Source: Amoebophrya sp. A120 (Eukaryota > Protista > Dinoflagellata). From it: a stretch of DNA of 64,000 nt. The stretch covers positions 9,803,979 through 9,867,978 of the forward strand of contig CAJINV010000003.1 in NCBI GenBank assembly GCA_905178155.1. The letters are read 5' to 3'. This document shows, one piece after another, positions 1-12,830 of this stretch (its first letter is position 1; every line of letters begins with the position of its first letter). The position numbers and the translations under genes were made by a program. The notes below the pieces were generated by a model. That model worked only from the letters and a program-made list of their open reading frames with translations, ran no database searches and was not told the DNA's origin.

Positions 1-99
1 CTAAAAAATGGGTCCCCCGTGTCTTGAGAGAGTGGCATCCTCTGGGGCTATTTTAGTCAGTTGAGTTTGCTTTTTCATTTTTTGAGAAGGATGCCGGGG

Positions 100-2700
100 T
101 CAGTTGCGACTTCCTTGCGTAGCGACGTCGAAACTGTGCAGGACCAAAAAGCAACCTGCTATGATACTAGCTTGTCGCAATGCAAATGGTGGCGATTTGA
201 AGGAGCTGGGCTTACCTCTGTTTCCTCTTTCGGCGCGCGGCAGGAATGCCCTGCGTAGCGAAAGCCGAGCGCTTGCGAGAAGAAAGAAGCGGGGCGCGCT
301 CGTGCTGACTTTGAACAACCGCGAGAATGCTTCCCACCCAGCCAAGCAGACCGCTCGGAGGGGCCCGGCCATTCTTCAGGCGCCCACCTGCGGCACTTGA
401 GGCTGGAAGCCCCGCCCCACCGCTCTCCCCGCCCGGCTAGCGCCCGCCCGCGCTTCTCCTCCCTGGTTTACCAAAAGCAGCTCGGCGCGGGGGCGGGCTT
501 GTTAGGGAGGCCGCAGGCGTTTTCTTGCCCTGGGCTGGTTGAAGAGCCCAGGCCCGCGGCGGTTTTGCTCTCCCCGGGCTCCCCGCGTGCTAGCGGATGA
601 CGTTAGGCGGCAAGAATAGGCGGCCGGCTATGAAGCAAATGCCGCACTTTCCAAGCTTTTGCGCCTTCGAAAACAAAGCGAGCCCACCTCCGGAGACCGG
701 CCCCGACGGTATGAGGCCCGCCCGGCGGGCTCCTGGGTTTGGCAGGCTTTTCCCCTTTTGCCTATTCTTCCTTTTTTCGCAGGGCGCCAATTTGCAAGGC
801 GCGCCAGTATCAGAAGCCGACGAAGGGGCGGCCGCTTCAGCGAGCGGCCAAAACGCTGCGACACCGCAACCGCGCCGCGTGGCTTTCCAGTTCAGATGTC
901 GCGCGGGCGTGCTTTTTTTTTGGGCGCCTTTTCGCGCGTCCCAAACCGCCCGCCAGAAAAAACGCAGCGGGCGCCCGAGAAGGGCGCCGCCCCTCCCGGC
1001 TCACCGTCGTGGCGCGCCCTTTGATTTGGCCGGCGCGCGATAGGCAGGGCCCCCCCGTGTTTCGTTGGCCACGGGGCCAATCAGGGAGGGTCGGGCGCTT
1101 GGCAGATTGGCCTTTGTTCAACTTGAGGCCCTGGGGCGGTGGCTGCGCTGTGTCGGCTGCCTACCGGCTTCGGGATTTGGCAAAAGCACGGAAGCCAAGA
1201 AAATGGGCGGGGCCGGCCCCGCTTGGCACGAGTTGAAAAACCCGGCCGGCCCCCCTGGCGAACGAAGTACCCGCGGGAGCGAAGGCAGGCGGGCCGAGGC
1301 TCCACACATTCCAGGGCCCCCGCCAAAACCGGAACAAGAGCAGGGGCGGCGGACCAAAAAAGGCAGGAGCGGCGCGGGCCAATGTCCCTACGCCCTCCGC
1401 CCGTGTGCTTGGTTCCCCGAGAGAGGACGCGCCCGGGGTGGGTGCGAGAGGCCTTGGCGCCTCGCGAAATTCCCCGGCCAAATTTGAAAAAACGGAATCC
1501 CTAAACACCGGCCACAAAACCCGACCCGAAGGAAAGCGCCAAAAGAAGGGGCTTCTGTTGAGGTGCCCCCGGGGCCTTCTATTCCGGCCCCTCGTAATGG
1601 CTCTACTGCAGCCCTTCTCCTGTTGGGCTTCTATCCAGATCGGGATCGCGGCCGTTTCGTCGCCCTCCCGACATGAATAGAAGCCCCCCCCGGGCCCTTT
1701 TGCTTCCCATTTTTTCGACGTACGGAGAACAGAACCCCCGCCCGCCGAATCGACGAAACTCCCCCCGGCCGAAACGGGCGCAGCCCCGAAAACTTTGAAA
1801 CGTTCCGAATGCTCCGGCAGAGCACAAATTCCACCGCGCGGGGCGGCCATCCTTCCGACTGGGCAGCCGGGTGCCCAACACGGGGAAGCGGCCGGAACAA
1901 CTCGGGGCCGGGCCGCCAGAGCCTGGCGCGACGCCGCCACAAACCGGGGGCGCGAAGAAACCCGAACCAAAGACGAGCAGCGCCGCAGAACACTTCGCGC
2001 GGCCATCCCTCGAGAGCGGGGCCCGGCTCAGGAGGCTGGCTGCGAAACACCAAAGCAGGCGCGCGCGCGATTTTCCGGGAAGTCACAAAGCGACGCCCTT
2101 CCTGGATGCCTCACGCTCCGGACTTCGCCGCGGGCCCCCCAGGCAGGCGGGGCAGCTGCGAAGAGGCGGGGCAGCTGCGAAGACACGCCGGCGGGGCCGC
2201 TGCGGATAGGCGCGCGAGCCCGGGCGGGCGCAATCCTGCCGCAAGTTAGTCGCGAACCGGGCCCGGCGCGAAGCTGCCAAAGCTCTGGGATTTGCAAAAA
2301 CCCCGAAGCCGATGGCCAACCAATAACGCCCGAGACCGCTCCGGGGGCCTGCCTCTGCCTGACAAAAGACCGACGCCGCCGGCCTGTCCGTGTGCTCATT
2401 CGCGAACCGGCGCGGCGTAGACGCCGAGCCGCGCCCCCCCTCCCGGGCTGCGTCCCCCGCTTCGCAAGCTGGCGGCGCGCTCCTTTGCCTCGCAGCTTAG
2501 CCCGCTGCCGCTTGCCGCCTTGTTTGTAGGGCGGCCGAACTCCTTACGGCCACCGTGCCCCCTCCTTGAAGCGCGGCAAGCATCCATTGGGGGCTTGTCC
2601 ATTTTCGGAATGCGGAGGAGGAATGGGGCGGCACGCCGGCGAGAAGGGCGAAGAAACCCGGGCGAATCGGCGCTAGGCTGTGCGGCGTCGGCAGCGAGCC
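100..2700 (-). mobile_element. Decayed Ty1/Copia-like pol remnant (RT-RNase H), GC-shifted
   Basis: Minus-strand ORF 1161-2006 has Copia RT-like motifs in the right order: KVFGAAPVSAGGSFVDS...KKWEAKG-GGGFYS-REGDETAAIP (cf. KARLV.GF.Q..G.DY.ET.AP), NLAGEFREAPRP (cf. K.LYGL+QAPR.W), FGPPPLLLF (cf. DP.LF). Near 150 is SIIAGCF (cf. RNase H end M.ADxLTK). Frameshifted; no intact LTR seen. Confidence 0.5.
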
Positions 2701-2712
2701 GGGCCGGATCTT

Positions 2713-2817
2713 CCCCTGATTAAAAAGTCTGTTCCTACTGATTAAAAAGCTCCCCTGATTAAAAAGTCCCCTGATTAAAAAGTCTTGATCCTACTCCTTC
2801 CCCTGATTAAAAAGTCT
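2713..2817. repeat. Short tandem array, 5 copies of core CTGATTAAAAAG
   Basis: Core read directly at about 2716, 2738, 2755, 2771 and 2803, usually preceded by CCC; sits at the edge of the GC-rich block. Confidence 0.9.
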
Positions 2818-3797
2818 GACACGTACTACACGCGGCTAGTAGCTGCTATGCAAAGAAATTGAAAATTTAAATCAACAAAAAAAAAGGCGACAACTGCATG
2901 CCTTGGCTTGCTAGCAATTTTCTACGTGATAACATGTACAAAGTAGCGGCATCGATACATGTCCGCAGATTCTGCATTGCTCGGCAGCGTCCAAATTATC
3001 TTGAGGAAAAATCCCCTCGCCCCATACGCAAAGCAAAGGAAATGCAAATGCGTGGCCTCTATCGCTGTGCATGACCTTGATATGCTAGAGAGCAATACGA
3101 GAAATTCGCTGTCGCGTAGTTAGTAGCACTAGCCCCGCGACTTTTATTTTGCACGAAGTCCTGGCGAGTTCTTGACCAGTCGAACACGTTTAATCTCTGC
3201 AACTACCCGGGCCACGCCGCCCCCCTAGAATGTAGATCACGGCGTACATCCTACAGATCGACGACATAGCTCCGCCGCCGACATGCTTTGCAGAGATGTC
3301 ACTGCTCGCTTACGTAGGCGCGCGCCCTTTGGGCCGTATGTGCGACGGGCCTGTCTTAGCATCCAAGCCCGCATGTGAGCAAGTAGCAGAATGTCTTGCG
3401 TAGCAGTGAAGGGTAGCAAAACGAACTGCACAGCTCTCGCGTTTGCAAAAATATGCAGAGGGCGCAGCGCGATTGCAATCACTGCAATGCGCTCTCACGC
3501 AGCTCCGTCACCTATTTCGCGCACGCCCCTCTTTTTCGGCGGTTCCAAGGGCGCCCGTAGTACCGCAGCAGCCAGCCGCACAGCAGGCCCGCTCCGCGGT
3601 GATTCAAGCCCCCCTTTCAGGTTCTCCGAGGGCTGCGGCTTTCGCGCAGTCCTTAGGCCGGACATCGGCAAACGTTTTTACTTGTTTTTGCATTTCAAAC
3701 CTCCGCGTCCTCACTGGGACACCGACAAATGAAGAGAGGAATGCGCGGGGGTTGCTGTGCTTGGAAGAAAATGGGCAACTAAGTAGCAAAAAAAAAA

Positions 3798-5703
3798 CTA
3801 TCGCAACGGCTTGCACGACTCAAATCGGGGCTCCCGGAGCATGCTGTTGTTGTAAGTAGCATTTCTTTGGCCATGTCCGACATAGCGCAACGTGTACGTG
3901 ATCATGATCTTCAAACGCCTTTGCTACATGGGCTTAGGGAGCTGAGGTTTTTCCTCATGATATACGTCGAACCAGCAACCCCAATTGTTTTCCCGCAGAA
4001 TTCTTTCGTTGGCGATCCGAGATGGGTCGCGAGATCGGTGGACCCGAACCTGCAGATGGTTCCCGCATTGGAAAAATCAATGTACCCAATGCCATCCAGC
4101 ACATTCACGTACTGCTTTATGTGTGCGTAGTTCCTTGTCACATCGATGTCCTGGCTGTACGCCGGGGCGGTGGAGTAACGGACGGCGCACTGGGTGCCCA
4201 CGCCAGCGAAGAGGTAGGTTGGGTAAGCGGTGCCGTCCGTGTTCTCCAACCAGATGGACGCCATCGCGGCACGCCCGCCCCCTTGCGAGTGCCCTGTGAT
4301 GTAAATGGAGTTGGTCGCCTCGCCGGCAGTGTTTCGCCCCGCTGGGAGCACCGCACGGACCACAGCCTTCGTCAGCGGCCAGTACCCCTGTTGAATCAAG
4401 TCAGCACGCTCGAGTCCGAGCGTCGTATAGAAGAAAATACTGACCTCACTGTGACGATTTAGAGCGACGAGTTCGCTTCGTGTGAAAGTAGAACAACTAG
4501 TAGTAGTAAGTAATATCGCGCAGGCGGATCGAGGCGCATTGACTCTGGATCCCGTGGACTCTTTTTGCTCACGCTGCTTGTGTCGATTTTTTCTGACATA
4601 CTTAGTGAGCCAATCAATCCCATGTGCGTGTCCTCAGCAAAACGCACGCAGCCCCGGCGGTTGCTTCGGCTGTGCTTCCTCCAGAAAAAAACATACTTAC
4701 TATGAAATATAAGTAGCAAACTCTGCAACCAATACACGCCCACAATGGATCGCTTTTCTGTGAGGTACGATGTAACCCAATTGTAATCGTCAGACGCCGC
4801 GATCAGGGAAGACATACCCAAAAACTTCGCACGGTCGACCACGTCGTCGACCTCCGCGCGCGCAAGCATCTCGGAGGTTATGGACAGGCCGGCATCCTGC
4901 CACATTTGCATGTAACGCGCCCGTAGCCGATGCAAGAACCACCCCTCATGCCAGTGCAATAAATTGTTGAAGTCCGATGTTGTCTCGGTGCCACGAAAAA
5001 CGATGACGCGAGTTGTGCCATCGTTGTAGACTCCGGCACTAACACCCAACCCCAAAGGCTCGCCGGAGGGTTCGGTGAAGGATTCGGCCCACTGGTTCGC
5101 GTTTCCCTGCAAGACGGCCTCCATATCAGAGTTCCACTGGTTGTGCGTTGCAGTGACTCGCGCCCCGAAGGCTGCCACGGTTTCTCCGGCGTTCGGCGAA
5201 CCCTTGTAGGAGCCGCCTGGAAATGAATGGACATGGTCCAACTTGGGCGTGGCGTAATTCCCGTCGGGATACACTACCCGATTCATTGCCAGCATGGTGC
5301 GGATTCGCGCTCGCTCATCTCCATTGCCCACGAACCCATTCACCGTGGCGGCTTCCTGCAATGATCTCCGACGTCTTCGCAAGCGTCTTTGCAGTTCGGG
5401 CTTTGGTAGCTCATGCTTCACCAGTAGGCTTAGTTGGGAGGCGGATGCGACGCCGCCTTTTGTCGCCAATAAGGCCCTGCTGCGTTGGGCATCTTTCGGT
5501 GGCAGACGCGGCCGGATGACAGTTTCGAGCACGAAGTGCCCCACAGCGTGTGCAGGGTGTCTAGGCTCCTGTAGCGGATGCAACTCTGTCGAATGCTCCA
5601 CTGAAAAGTCGAGTTTTTGCCCCTTGACCCGGACAAAGAAATCGGGGACGGGCGACAAACCCAAGGCGCAACCGCCCACCACAGCGGCGTTCCTGAGATT
5701 CAT
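3798..5703 (-). CDS. Class 3 lipase (alpha/beta hydrolase), probably secreted, multi-exon (approx. exons 5703-4739, 4415-3963, 3894-~3800; 3' end uncertain)
   Basis: RVIVFRGTETTSDF flap motif in ORF 4459-5703; nucleophile elbow IYITGHSQGG, then YPTYLFAG and YVNVLDGI in ORF 3911-4399; hydrophobic N-terminus. The frames join after removing two IR-bounded introns. Confidence 0.85.
3895..3967 (-). other. Putative non-canonical intron (68 nt) with 5-bp direct repeat and inverted repeat
   Basis: Direct repeat TACGT at 3895-3899 and 3963-3967; internal IR ATCATGA (3901-3907) / TCATGAT (3955-3961). Removal gives in-frame GSTY|TLRYVGHGQRNATYNNSMLREPRFESCK. Confidence 0.65.
4416..4740 (-). other. Putative non-canonical intron (323 nt) with terminal inverted repeat
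   Basis: Ends GAGCGTCGTATAG (4418-4430) and CAATACACGCCC (4730-4741) are imperfect inverted repeats. Excision at a GG direct repeat fuses ...KRSIVG|LERADLIQQGYW in frame. The nearby GT/AG pairs I tested do not match phase. Confidence 0.6.
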
Positions 5704-6882
5704 CTGGGCTCGTCGGTCGTCGGATTGCGTTTGCTACAAAAAACTAGAGGAGAGCGAATATTCATACCAATACTGACATCCTAGATACACCTACAACTGT
5801 ATAGAAAAACACTATGGGAGTAGTCAATGACAAAACCTGCAGACAGGACGATATCCCGTGTGTCCAACGTGGTCTCCACGAACACTCAGTTGGGCCTGAA
5901 TTATTAGTCACCAAAAAGTTCGAAGCGAACACCGTCACCACTGTCTTAGTCTTTTGCCATAGCAGGGAAAAGAATCATAAGCCGACAAAAAGCTGCAGCT
6001 GTTGATGTTGTTGACAGCAGAGATTTACAACCTCAGTTCGTTGTATCTTGGCTTTTCATCACATAGTAATAATCAATCTCTACCTCAAGGTCGCTCGTGC
6101 ACAAGACAAGTGGCCCGGTTAAAAAAAGTAAGCAAAAACAAAAGAGAGAGTAAATTGGCGACGCCATTTCATGTGTCTGTCAGTTGCAGTCTTCCTCGAC
6201 ACCGCAAGGTCCGGCGTTTCGCTCCTCTCTCGAAACCTGTCGAGTTCGCACATCAGCAGGAAAATTGGCGGCGCGATTAGAAAGAAAAAACACAAAGAAG
6301 TCGAGAGAAAAAACACCTAGAGACAGAACAAAAGCACGCAAAATAAGAATGCGCCGGCCACTACAGATGACAAAGGGCCCGACGCAACAATCAGGGGCGA
6401 AAGGCTTCATTTGAATCGCGGATCGATTGACGATCAGAGCGAAAATTGCACCCGAGGGCATCCCGATGCCCATGGAAAGATTGAAATCCACTTTCTACTC
6501 TCTCACTCACTCATCTCATCCTTGGAAAGATTTCCGGGCTGTATTTGTGTTTCGGATTTCACACAATCATAGATCAAGGCACTGCATTGACTCACGAAGA
6601 ACAAGAGTATCGCAGCATAGTGCATACCTCCATGCATTCGCATGCATTGCATTAATGAGTCGCGGCGCGAAGTCGCAAGTCCTTGGGCCACGTCTACCAC
6701 AAGAAGTATTCCGCCCGGGGGGCGCCTCCAGTTCAGTTCAGTTCAGTGCGATCGCGATGCTAGATAAAAAAAAAAAAGAGTGACACACATTGCCTCTTTC
6801 GTAAAAAGTCGCATCACAATGACAATCCTGGTCGCCATCTCATTAGATTCGTCGAAAGTTTTGCTTTCTAAGTGCTTGAGCT

Positions 6883-7065
6883 CTCACGGGGGGGGCTGGC
6901 AAAGATGACGAGGGTACAGAAGATGAACAGAAAACATAGATGGGCATGGCGATATCTTGGCGGCATGCCAAACCAATAATAACAGGGGGTAGTGAGTTCA
7001 TGGCGGCTTTTTTGTCTTCGTGCCAAAAAAAGACGCGACTTCTCTGCCCACCATGCCCCCGTGAG
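6883..7065. repeat. Small inverted-repeat-bounded segment (MITE/introner-like)
   Basis: CTCACGGGGGGGGCTGG at 6883 versus CCATGCCCCCGTGAG at 7051-7065. Confidence 0.4.
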
Positions 7066-8677
7066 TAATGTTATGCCCGGCGGCACGGCGGTCGATAACA
7101 GACTCGACCCACAGCTGGCCCCCCTTTAGTTTCGAATCGGGAAGCCTTCCCCGCATGCTATGGCCCTGCCAGGGCCCCTTGGGAGCCCCCAATCGGGCCC
7201 ATAGCATGCAGATCGGCTTTTTGCTTTTGACTTTGCGTATTTTGTTTTTTTTTTGGAAAAGTCGCAACTTTTGGCTATGGCTTGCTCTCCGCCTTACAAG
7301 TGCCCGACTTTTGCGGCCGGCCTGGCGGTTTCCAAATGGAGGCCAAAATGAGGCCCATAGCATGCGGGCTCGCTTCCTTTTTCCCACCGCCAATCTTTGG
7401 GCGCCCCTCTTTGGGCGCCCCAAATCGCCAGAAAGGAAGGCGCTGGGCGCCTTAGAAGGGCGCCCCTTTTGCCGGCATCCCTGCGCCGTTTTATCAAGCA
7501 GGAATCGATAGAATTGGCTCGGGCCTGTTTGGTATCAAAGCCCCGGCCGCTTGAATAAAAGTGCAGTCTCTTTATGTGCAAAAACACTTCCGGCCGCTTG
7601 AAAACTGCCGGCCGTTTTGCGTAATGAATGGCAAAAGAAACGCTAGATTAGAACGCTCGTGACCTCACTACACATAAAGAAAATTAACACAGATGCCAGA
7701 CGACGACCCCTATTTGTCCGGTTCGTGAGCGGCGTTATAGAAACCGAATGAGCCGAAGAGCCGCCTTCTTGCACTGCTCCTGGGCGGAATCCCTAGGGGC
7801 AGGGCAGAAGTGTGCGCGAACGCCTTGCACGTATCATCGTATCTGCGCAGAGCCGTCACGCATTGGAAAGATCTGCGCAGGAGCACCGTCGTCGTTGTGA
7901 ATTGGAAATACTGCTGCATAGGCCCAGCGTGTGCCGCCTATGTATGAAAAAACTGCCACGCCGTCTGTGTCTCATCGTGAAACCGCGGGCAATTTTTTGG
8001 CAAAGATGGAAAGTTGTTTGCTGTCCGTAGTTTTTGACTTTCTCCGAGATGGAGTGGGATGGGCAATAGATGGCGACTGGCGGAGTTTCTTGTCCAGAGT
8101 CTCACTAAAGAGGCGCGGGCGTACAGTTTTTCGCGACCTTGCACACGACTAGGAGTGGGCAGTGCGGGCACCTCCCGGAGCACAAGCCGGAAACGCGGGG
8201 ACTAGTTACGTATTAAGTCGCCAAGTTTGCCGTTCAAATGTGCGCCATCCAAGTTTTGCATCTATTCAACTGTTCACCATCTCTGTGTTTAAAAAAAAAC
8301 GCTCATCTGACATAAAAGTCTAAGCTTTATTTTCGTTTTTCTTCATTAAGAAGAGCAATAGCGTGGGCGATCATATGATCCTTCTCCGATTCGAATTTTA
8401 CTCGTGCCGCTTGCGAATCCCGATCGCGCTGGTGAGCGAAGCTTTTCTCTACTTGTATCCGGTTCTGCAACTATCAAGGTTGAAAGTGCCCTCCACCCCA
8501 AGCAATGCAGAGTGCTTGCATTGCAAAGCTTCCACATGGAATTTTCTTTGCTCGCAAGAACGACCGCCACCACAAACGCAGGCGAACGCTTGGAAACACT
8601 TCCGTAGATGCTGGGGACACACATCGAAAGCGAAAAGATAGGAAAAAAGCAAGCGAGAGAGAGGAGGACTTTCACTG

Positions 8678-9890
8678 CTATAGTACTTCGGGCGGTCTGC
8701 TAGTAGGTGTGAACATCTTCACTACCGCCCTTAAGCCCCGGCCTAAAACTGTCCCGCGTTTGCCTACGGGAAGCAGATCGATCACGATCTGCGGACGCAT
8801 CCATTTTTTGCTTCGCAAGGAGTGAGAGGGGCGAAGGCATGGGAGGGCGAAAGGCGTCACGAAATATCGCCCTCGCTGGGCCAATTGTCTCTCAAAATTC
8901 TCGCTTCCTTCATGCTGAGGTCCGTCGAACATTACAAAACTGACGTAAGGTTGCAGCAAGACAGCCGCACCGCGTCGCAAGACTGCAGCGAGCAGACTCT
9001 GACTTTAGCTCTGCCCTTCAACATGCATGATGTATGAGTTTAAGCTTTACGCTGTTACAGTTAAAGACTGTTCCAGCTGAGAAGGCCACATGGGGTACGG
9101 ACGTTTTTCATCCTGATAGCAACTCCACCAATTTCTTTGCTTTCTCCGCTACCGACGCCTCCACTTCGCAAAGAAAGGCGCAGAGCTGCCATAACGCAGC
9201 ACCGGATCCTAGCGTAAGGGAAGAGAAGGCAACCGATTCTGGGCCCTGGACTGCATGCTCGTCGGCTGCTGTGGTAAGGTAAGGAAATGACGCAGATGCA
9301 ACGCCCTTGCCAAAATTGCATGGCACTAAGCAAATGCAGGGCTCTGGAGTGATCCAACTCGAGCCATGCAGCAACACACGGAACCCACAAAGGGAAGCGT
9401 CTGCTGCTTGGTCAACTGTACTACTTGACACTTTAGTTGCCGGGAATCGCCAATAGACCCGCGCCTCCGTTGCCTTGCCCAGTACCGCAGCACAGATTCT
9501 GGAAAAATCGGGCACCGCGCTAGGTAAGCAAGCTCTCCAGAACCTGCAATGTTCATCCATCACGCACAAGCGGATGCCGAGCCATGGCGCTGCGGTTTCT
9601 TCTCTTTGTCCTGGGGGCGACGTCAGGTTTGGAGGAGAAGTTTCTTGGTCTACTTGTCCTCGTGCAGAAGGAGAAGACTTGGTGATCCTGATACAACTTC
9701 CACTTTTAGTACTACTGTGGCGGTTGTGCCCCTGTTCGAGTTCTGTGAAAAGTTTCCTTTCAACTTCGTCAAGATCATCCACACTGGCGATTTCATCAAA
9801 CCGAATGCCCAGCTTGCAACGTCGCGACTCTAGCCAATTTTCCAAGTGGCCGGTCAGGAGACTACAATCCGACACAACATTCATTTTCAC
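8678..9890 (-). CDS. Hypothetical protein exon(s) (ORFs 9108-9890 and possibly 8678-8980)
   Basis: 260-aa ORF with protein-like composition in moderate-GC sequence; no recognised domain; exon boundaries unresolved. Confidence 0.45.
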
Positions 9891-10176
9891 TCTACTGCCA
9901 GCTCACGCTACAAAAAGAATGAAGCTTTCGCTTTTAGAGGGTTGTACTTCTCTGTATCCTTTGACTTTGTTTTCTTGGTCTTCTTGTCTCGTGTAGTTTC
10001 CCGGCGTCGCAGGCAACGAAACGTTGATAAAGGTATATGAACATGATATCCGTGTTGCACGGAGCAGCAGGTCAACAACAAACATAGCCCAGGATTACCA
10101 TAAAAGTTTTCTTTTGCTAAAAAATAGTCATGCTGCTGACTGTGCAATATTTGTCGGTATTTCTTCCACTCTAACT

Positions 10177-11232
10177 CTATTTCGACGGAGATGAAATAAA
10201 TTGATGCCAATGAATCGCAAACCCGCACTGATCTTCCGAACCCGCTAGGTCTTGAAGAAATGGCTTTTCCATCCAGATCACCAACGTCCTCTGGATCTCA
10301 CGCCGCGTGATCGCACCGAGCTGCGACGTTGCGCCCTTTCCGTTAGCGGCAGCGAGCTGCGCAAACGCTGCGTCGAAATCTCGAACAAGGTCCTGTCGCA
10401 ATGCCGTTTCCTGCCACAGCGGGACAAGAAAATTCTGCAAAAAGTACTGCTGAAACTGCTTCTCTTTCTCGACTCCGTCTGCAAAGTACGTTGTGGAACT
10501 TATTCTTTCCTCTCCTGCCTTAAGTGGCGAAGAAGTAGTGCCGCGTCCTGTGGTATTTATGCCCAGCAATGTCGTAGAAGTAGTGCCAATTATGTTCTCT
10601 TTACTCTTACCTGGCGATCGCTTCCCGCTTGTCTCACTGCTGCTGAACTGCTGCGCCTTCTCGTTCAACAATGCTGCAAGAGTGTGTGTGCAAATTTCAT
10701 TTGTCCTAGAGGTGCTTTCTTTTCTCAGAGTACGCAGCTGTCGCGCCAGTTTTTCCGCAGAATATTTCCATACTTTTGTACCGCCACCCCTTGCTGCTAC
10801 ATTCTTCTCCTGCGACGAGTGCTGGTCTACTTGTTGTAATTGGGTAATATCGACAACGGGGGGACCAGGATCAGTGTTGTCCTCCTGGTAGAGGATCACT
10901 TCGAGGGCAGTAGCGGTGAATTCCGTTAGCAACAGCACTTGCTCCTGCCAAGTGCGTAGGGCTTGTTGCCACGCCCGGATGTGATACGAAAAAGTCGCCG
11001 TCTTTGCGTCCGCAAGCTGAATGCGCCCAAGAATCCCCAGCGTACTTTTCGTCGCGGTTGCACTCCCGGCAGGAGAGCAGAAGCCGAGCACAAGCTGCAC
11101 GAACAGCTCACAACTCTCTTTCACAGCGTTTTCGAGAATCTGCTCAAGCGGACCCCACCGCCGCAGAAATGTCGCGCTCTTCAGATCGAGCGATCTCACT
11201 CTTTGATCGATCGAGACTTTGTTGACTTTCAT
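10177..11232 (-). CDS. Hypothetical protein (351-aa ORF, helical segments with S/T-rich linker)
   Basis: Long ORF in non-GC-rich DNA, amphipathic helical segments, ends in WMEKPFL; no confident family. Confidence 0.65.
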   Translation of the reverse strand: MKVNKVSIDQRVRSLDLKSATFLRRWGPLEQILENAVKESCELFVQLVLGFCSPAGSATATKSTLGILGRIQLADAKTATFSYHIRAWQQALRTWQEQVLLLTEFTATALEVILYQEDNTDPGPPVVDITQLQQVDQHSSQEKNVAARGGGTKVWKYSAEKLARQLRTLRKESTSRTNEICTHTLAALLNEKAQQFSSSETSGKRSPGKSKENIIGTTSTTLLGINTTGRGTTSSPLKAGEERISSTTYFADGVEKEKQFQQYFLQNFLVPLWQETALRQDLVRDFDAAFAQLAAANGKGATSQLGAITRREIQRTLVIWMEKPFLQDLAGSEDQCGFAIHWHQFISSPSK

Positions 11233-11789
11233 ATCGCGCTAGAATCGGCAGTGCAACCTTTTTTACCGCGACAAGCAGAACTACAACTAAATGCAGTGTC
11301 ATACTTAAATATTTATGGACAACTTCGTGACAAACCTTGGCCCACGAGTGATCTATTCGTGCTCGTTCTTCAAAATAAAGTCTCAAAGTCCTGTGGGGAA
11401 AAATCAATGTTGAGGTAGTGAAGCTTCTGGAGATACTCCGGCCTTGTAACGATCCGCGCTTTACAAATACAATCGAACCTGTCCAATCAAGACCAGTACT
11501 GAGAGTGCGCCTTTTCTTGCTGATCATGGTCAGTAAAGATCATTTATCTCAGACGACGCTTCTCGCTGAAGAATTTAAGAAACTGCACGAGGCGCCGCGG
11601 ATTATTTTGTGATAGTATGTAATTCTCGACATTCATAAGCACTTTCTCTATCGCATGGCTTCGATTCTTGATCCGAGTGCATCTGCTTCATGATCAAAAA
11701 ACCGCCACTGGAGGAACTCTTCGACGTTCATACTTCATAGATCGACTTTGAGAAGAAGTCCAACAACGCACTATATAAGCTCCTCGAAG

Positions 11790-12830
11790 TTTGAGGTTTG
11801 CGCGGTATGGCAAGCGGGGCCGGCATACCGGCGCCCCCTATGCATTTCTCCAGTTGCTGCACCAGGGCCGTCAGGCATCGGACCTGTACATGTGGGGTGT
11901 GCGCAGGACTGCGTGGCGGTGCCGTGTCCTATCCTTCGGCCAGGGGCGCTGCTGTAGAAGGACCCCCCGCCCGCGTCAATGGCGAGGCACTATGCCGGGC
12001 AGGCAGCCCGCTCGAGCTGGCTTGCCAATGGGCCTTGTGTGGCGAAAGCGAAACAAGCGCCCTGGAGCAAAGGCCGGCTGCGGCTGCCTCGGCTCCCCCT
12101 GCGTTGGCGGGGCGGAGCTTTCTGGCGTTCCGCCCCGGCGTTCCGGCCGCTAAAGCTGCGGCCGAGGGCTCGGAGCGGCCTAGCAGAAACCGGCGCCGGG
12201 GCGCCGCTTCGCCCCCCGGTGCCAGCCCCCTCGCCGAAGTCGGGCCCTGGCGCTTTTCCGCTTCCCCGCGGGCCTCATCCTGGCGTGACCTTGAGTGGCA
12301 TGGAGGCTCGAGACCCTGCCGGCGCGCGGGTCTGTTAATCTTTTCAAGCAGCTAGAGCTGCCCCGCAGCGCTATGACTTTCGGGCGCATTGTCGCGGGCG
12401 GCGGCAGGGAACAGGGGGACGGCGCGGCTGTGCCGCCCGCTCGGTGGGGCATCAGTCGCGTCGCGTCCTTCCCCGGGGGCAACGCTCCCTGCGCCTCTGC
12501 GCCCCAGTGGCTGGGCGCCTTGTATCTATGGCAGCAGGGCACCCGCGCGATGTGCGCGGCTTGTGACTTGGGCACCACCTCACGAACATGCACACCGTAA
12601 CCGATGCCACTCCTGCGCGCCTGTGGCATGGTAGTGCGTGCCCGTCGGTTGGCCGGCACGGACTCAGGCACGCAAATCAAAAAACGACCCAACAGGAATG
12701 CCACTCCAAAGGTGGCAACTCCTTGGCGGCGGTCAGTGAAGAGTCGGCGACCCATCGAGATCTGGTGGCGCAGTGTCGCAGGGAAGATCCTCTGCGCGCT
12801 TGATAGTGTAATTCTATTCGAGGCAGTCCC
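11790..12830 (+). mobile_element. Decayed DIRS/Ngaro-like RT-RNase H remnant
   Basis: HTGAPYAFLQL (about 11825-11855; cf. D...AF.Q), LPMGLVW (12022-12042; cf. LPMG..WS), frameshifted ILG-VTL at about 12277. Followed by a pyrimidine-rich then AT-rich tail to about 13100. Confidence 0.45.
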
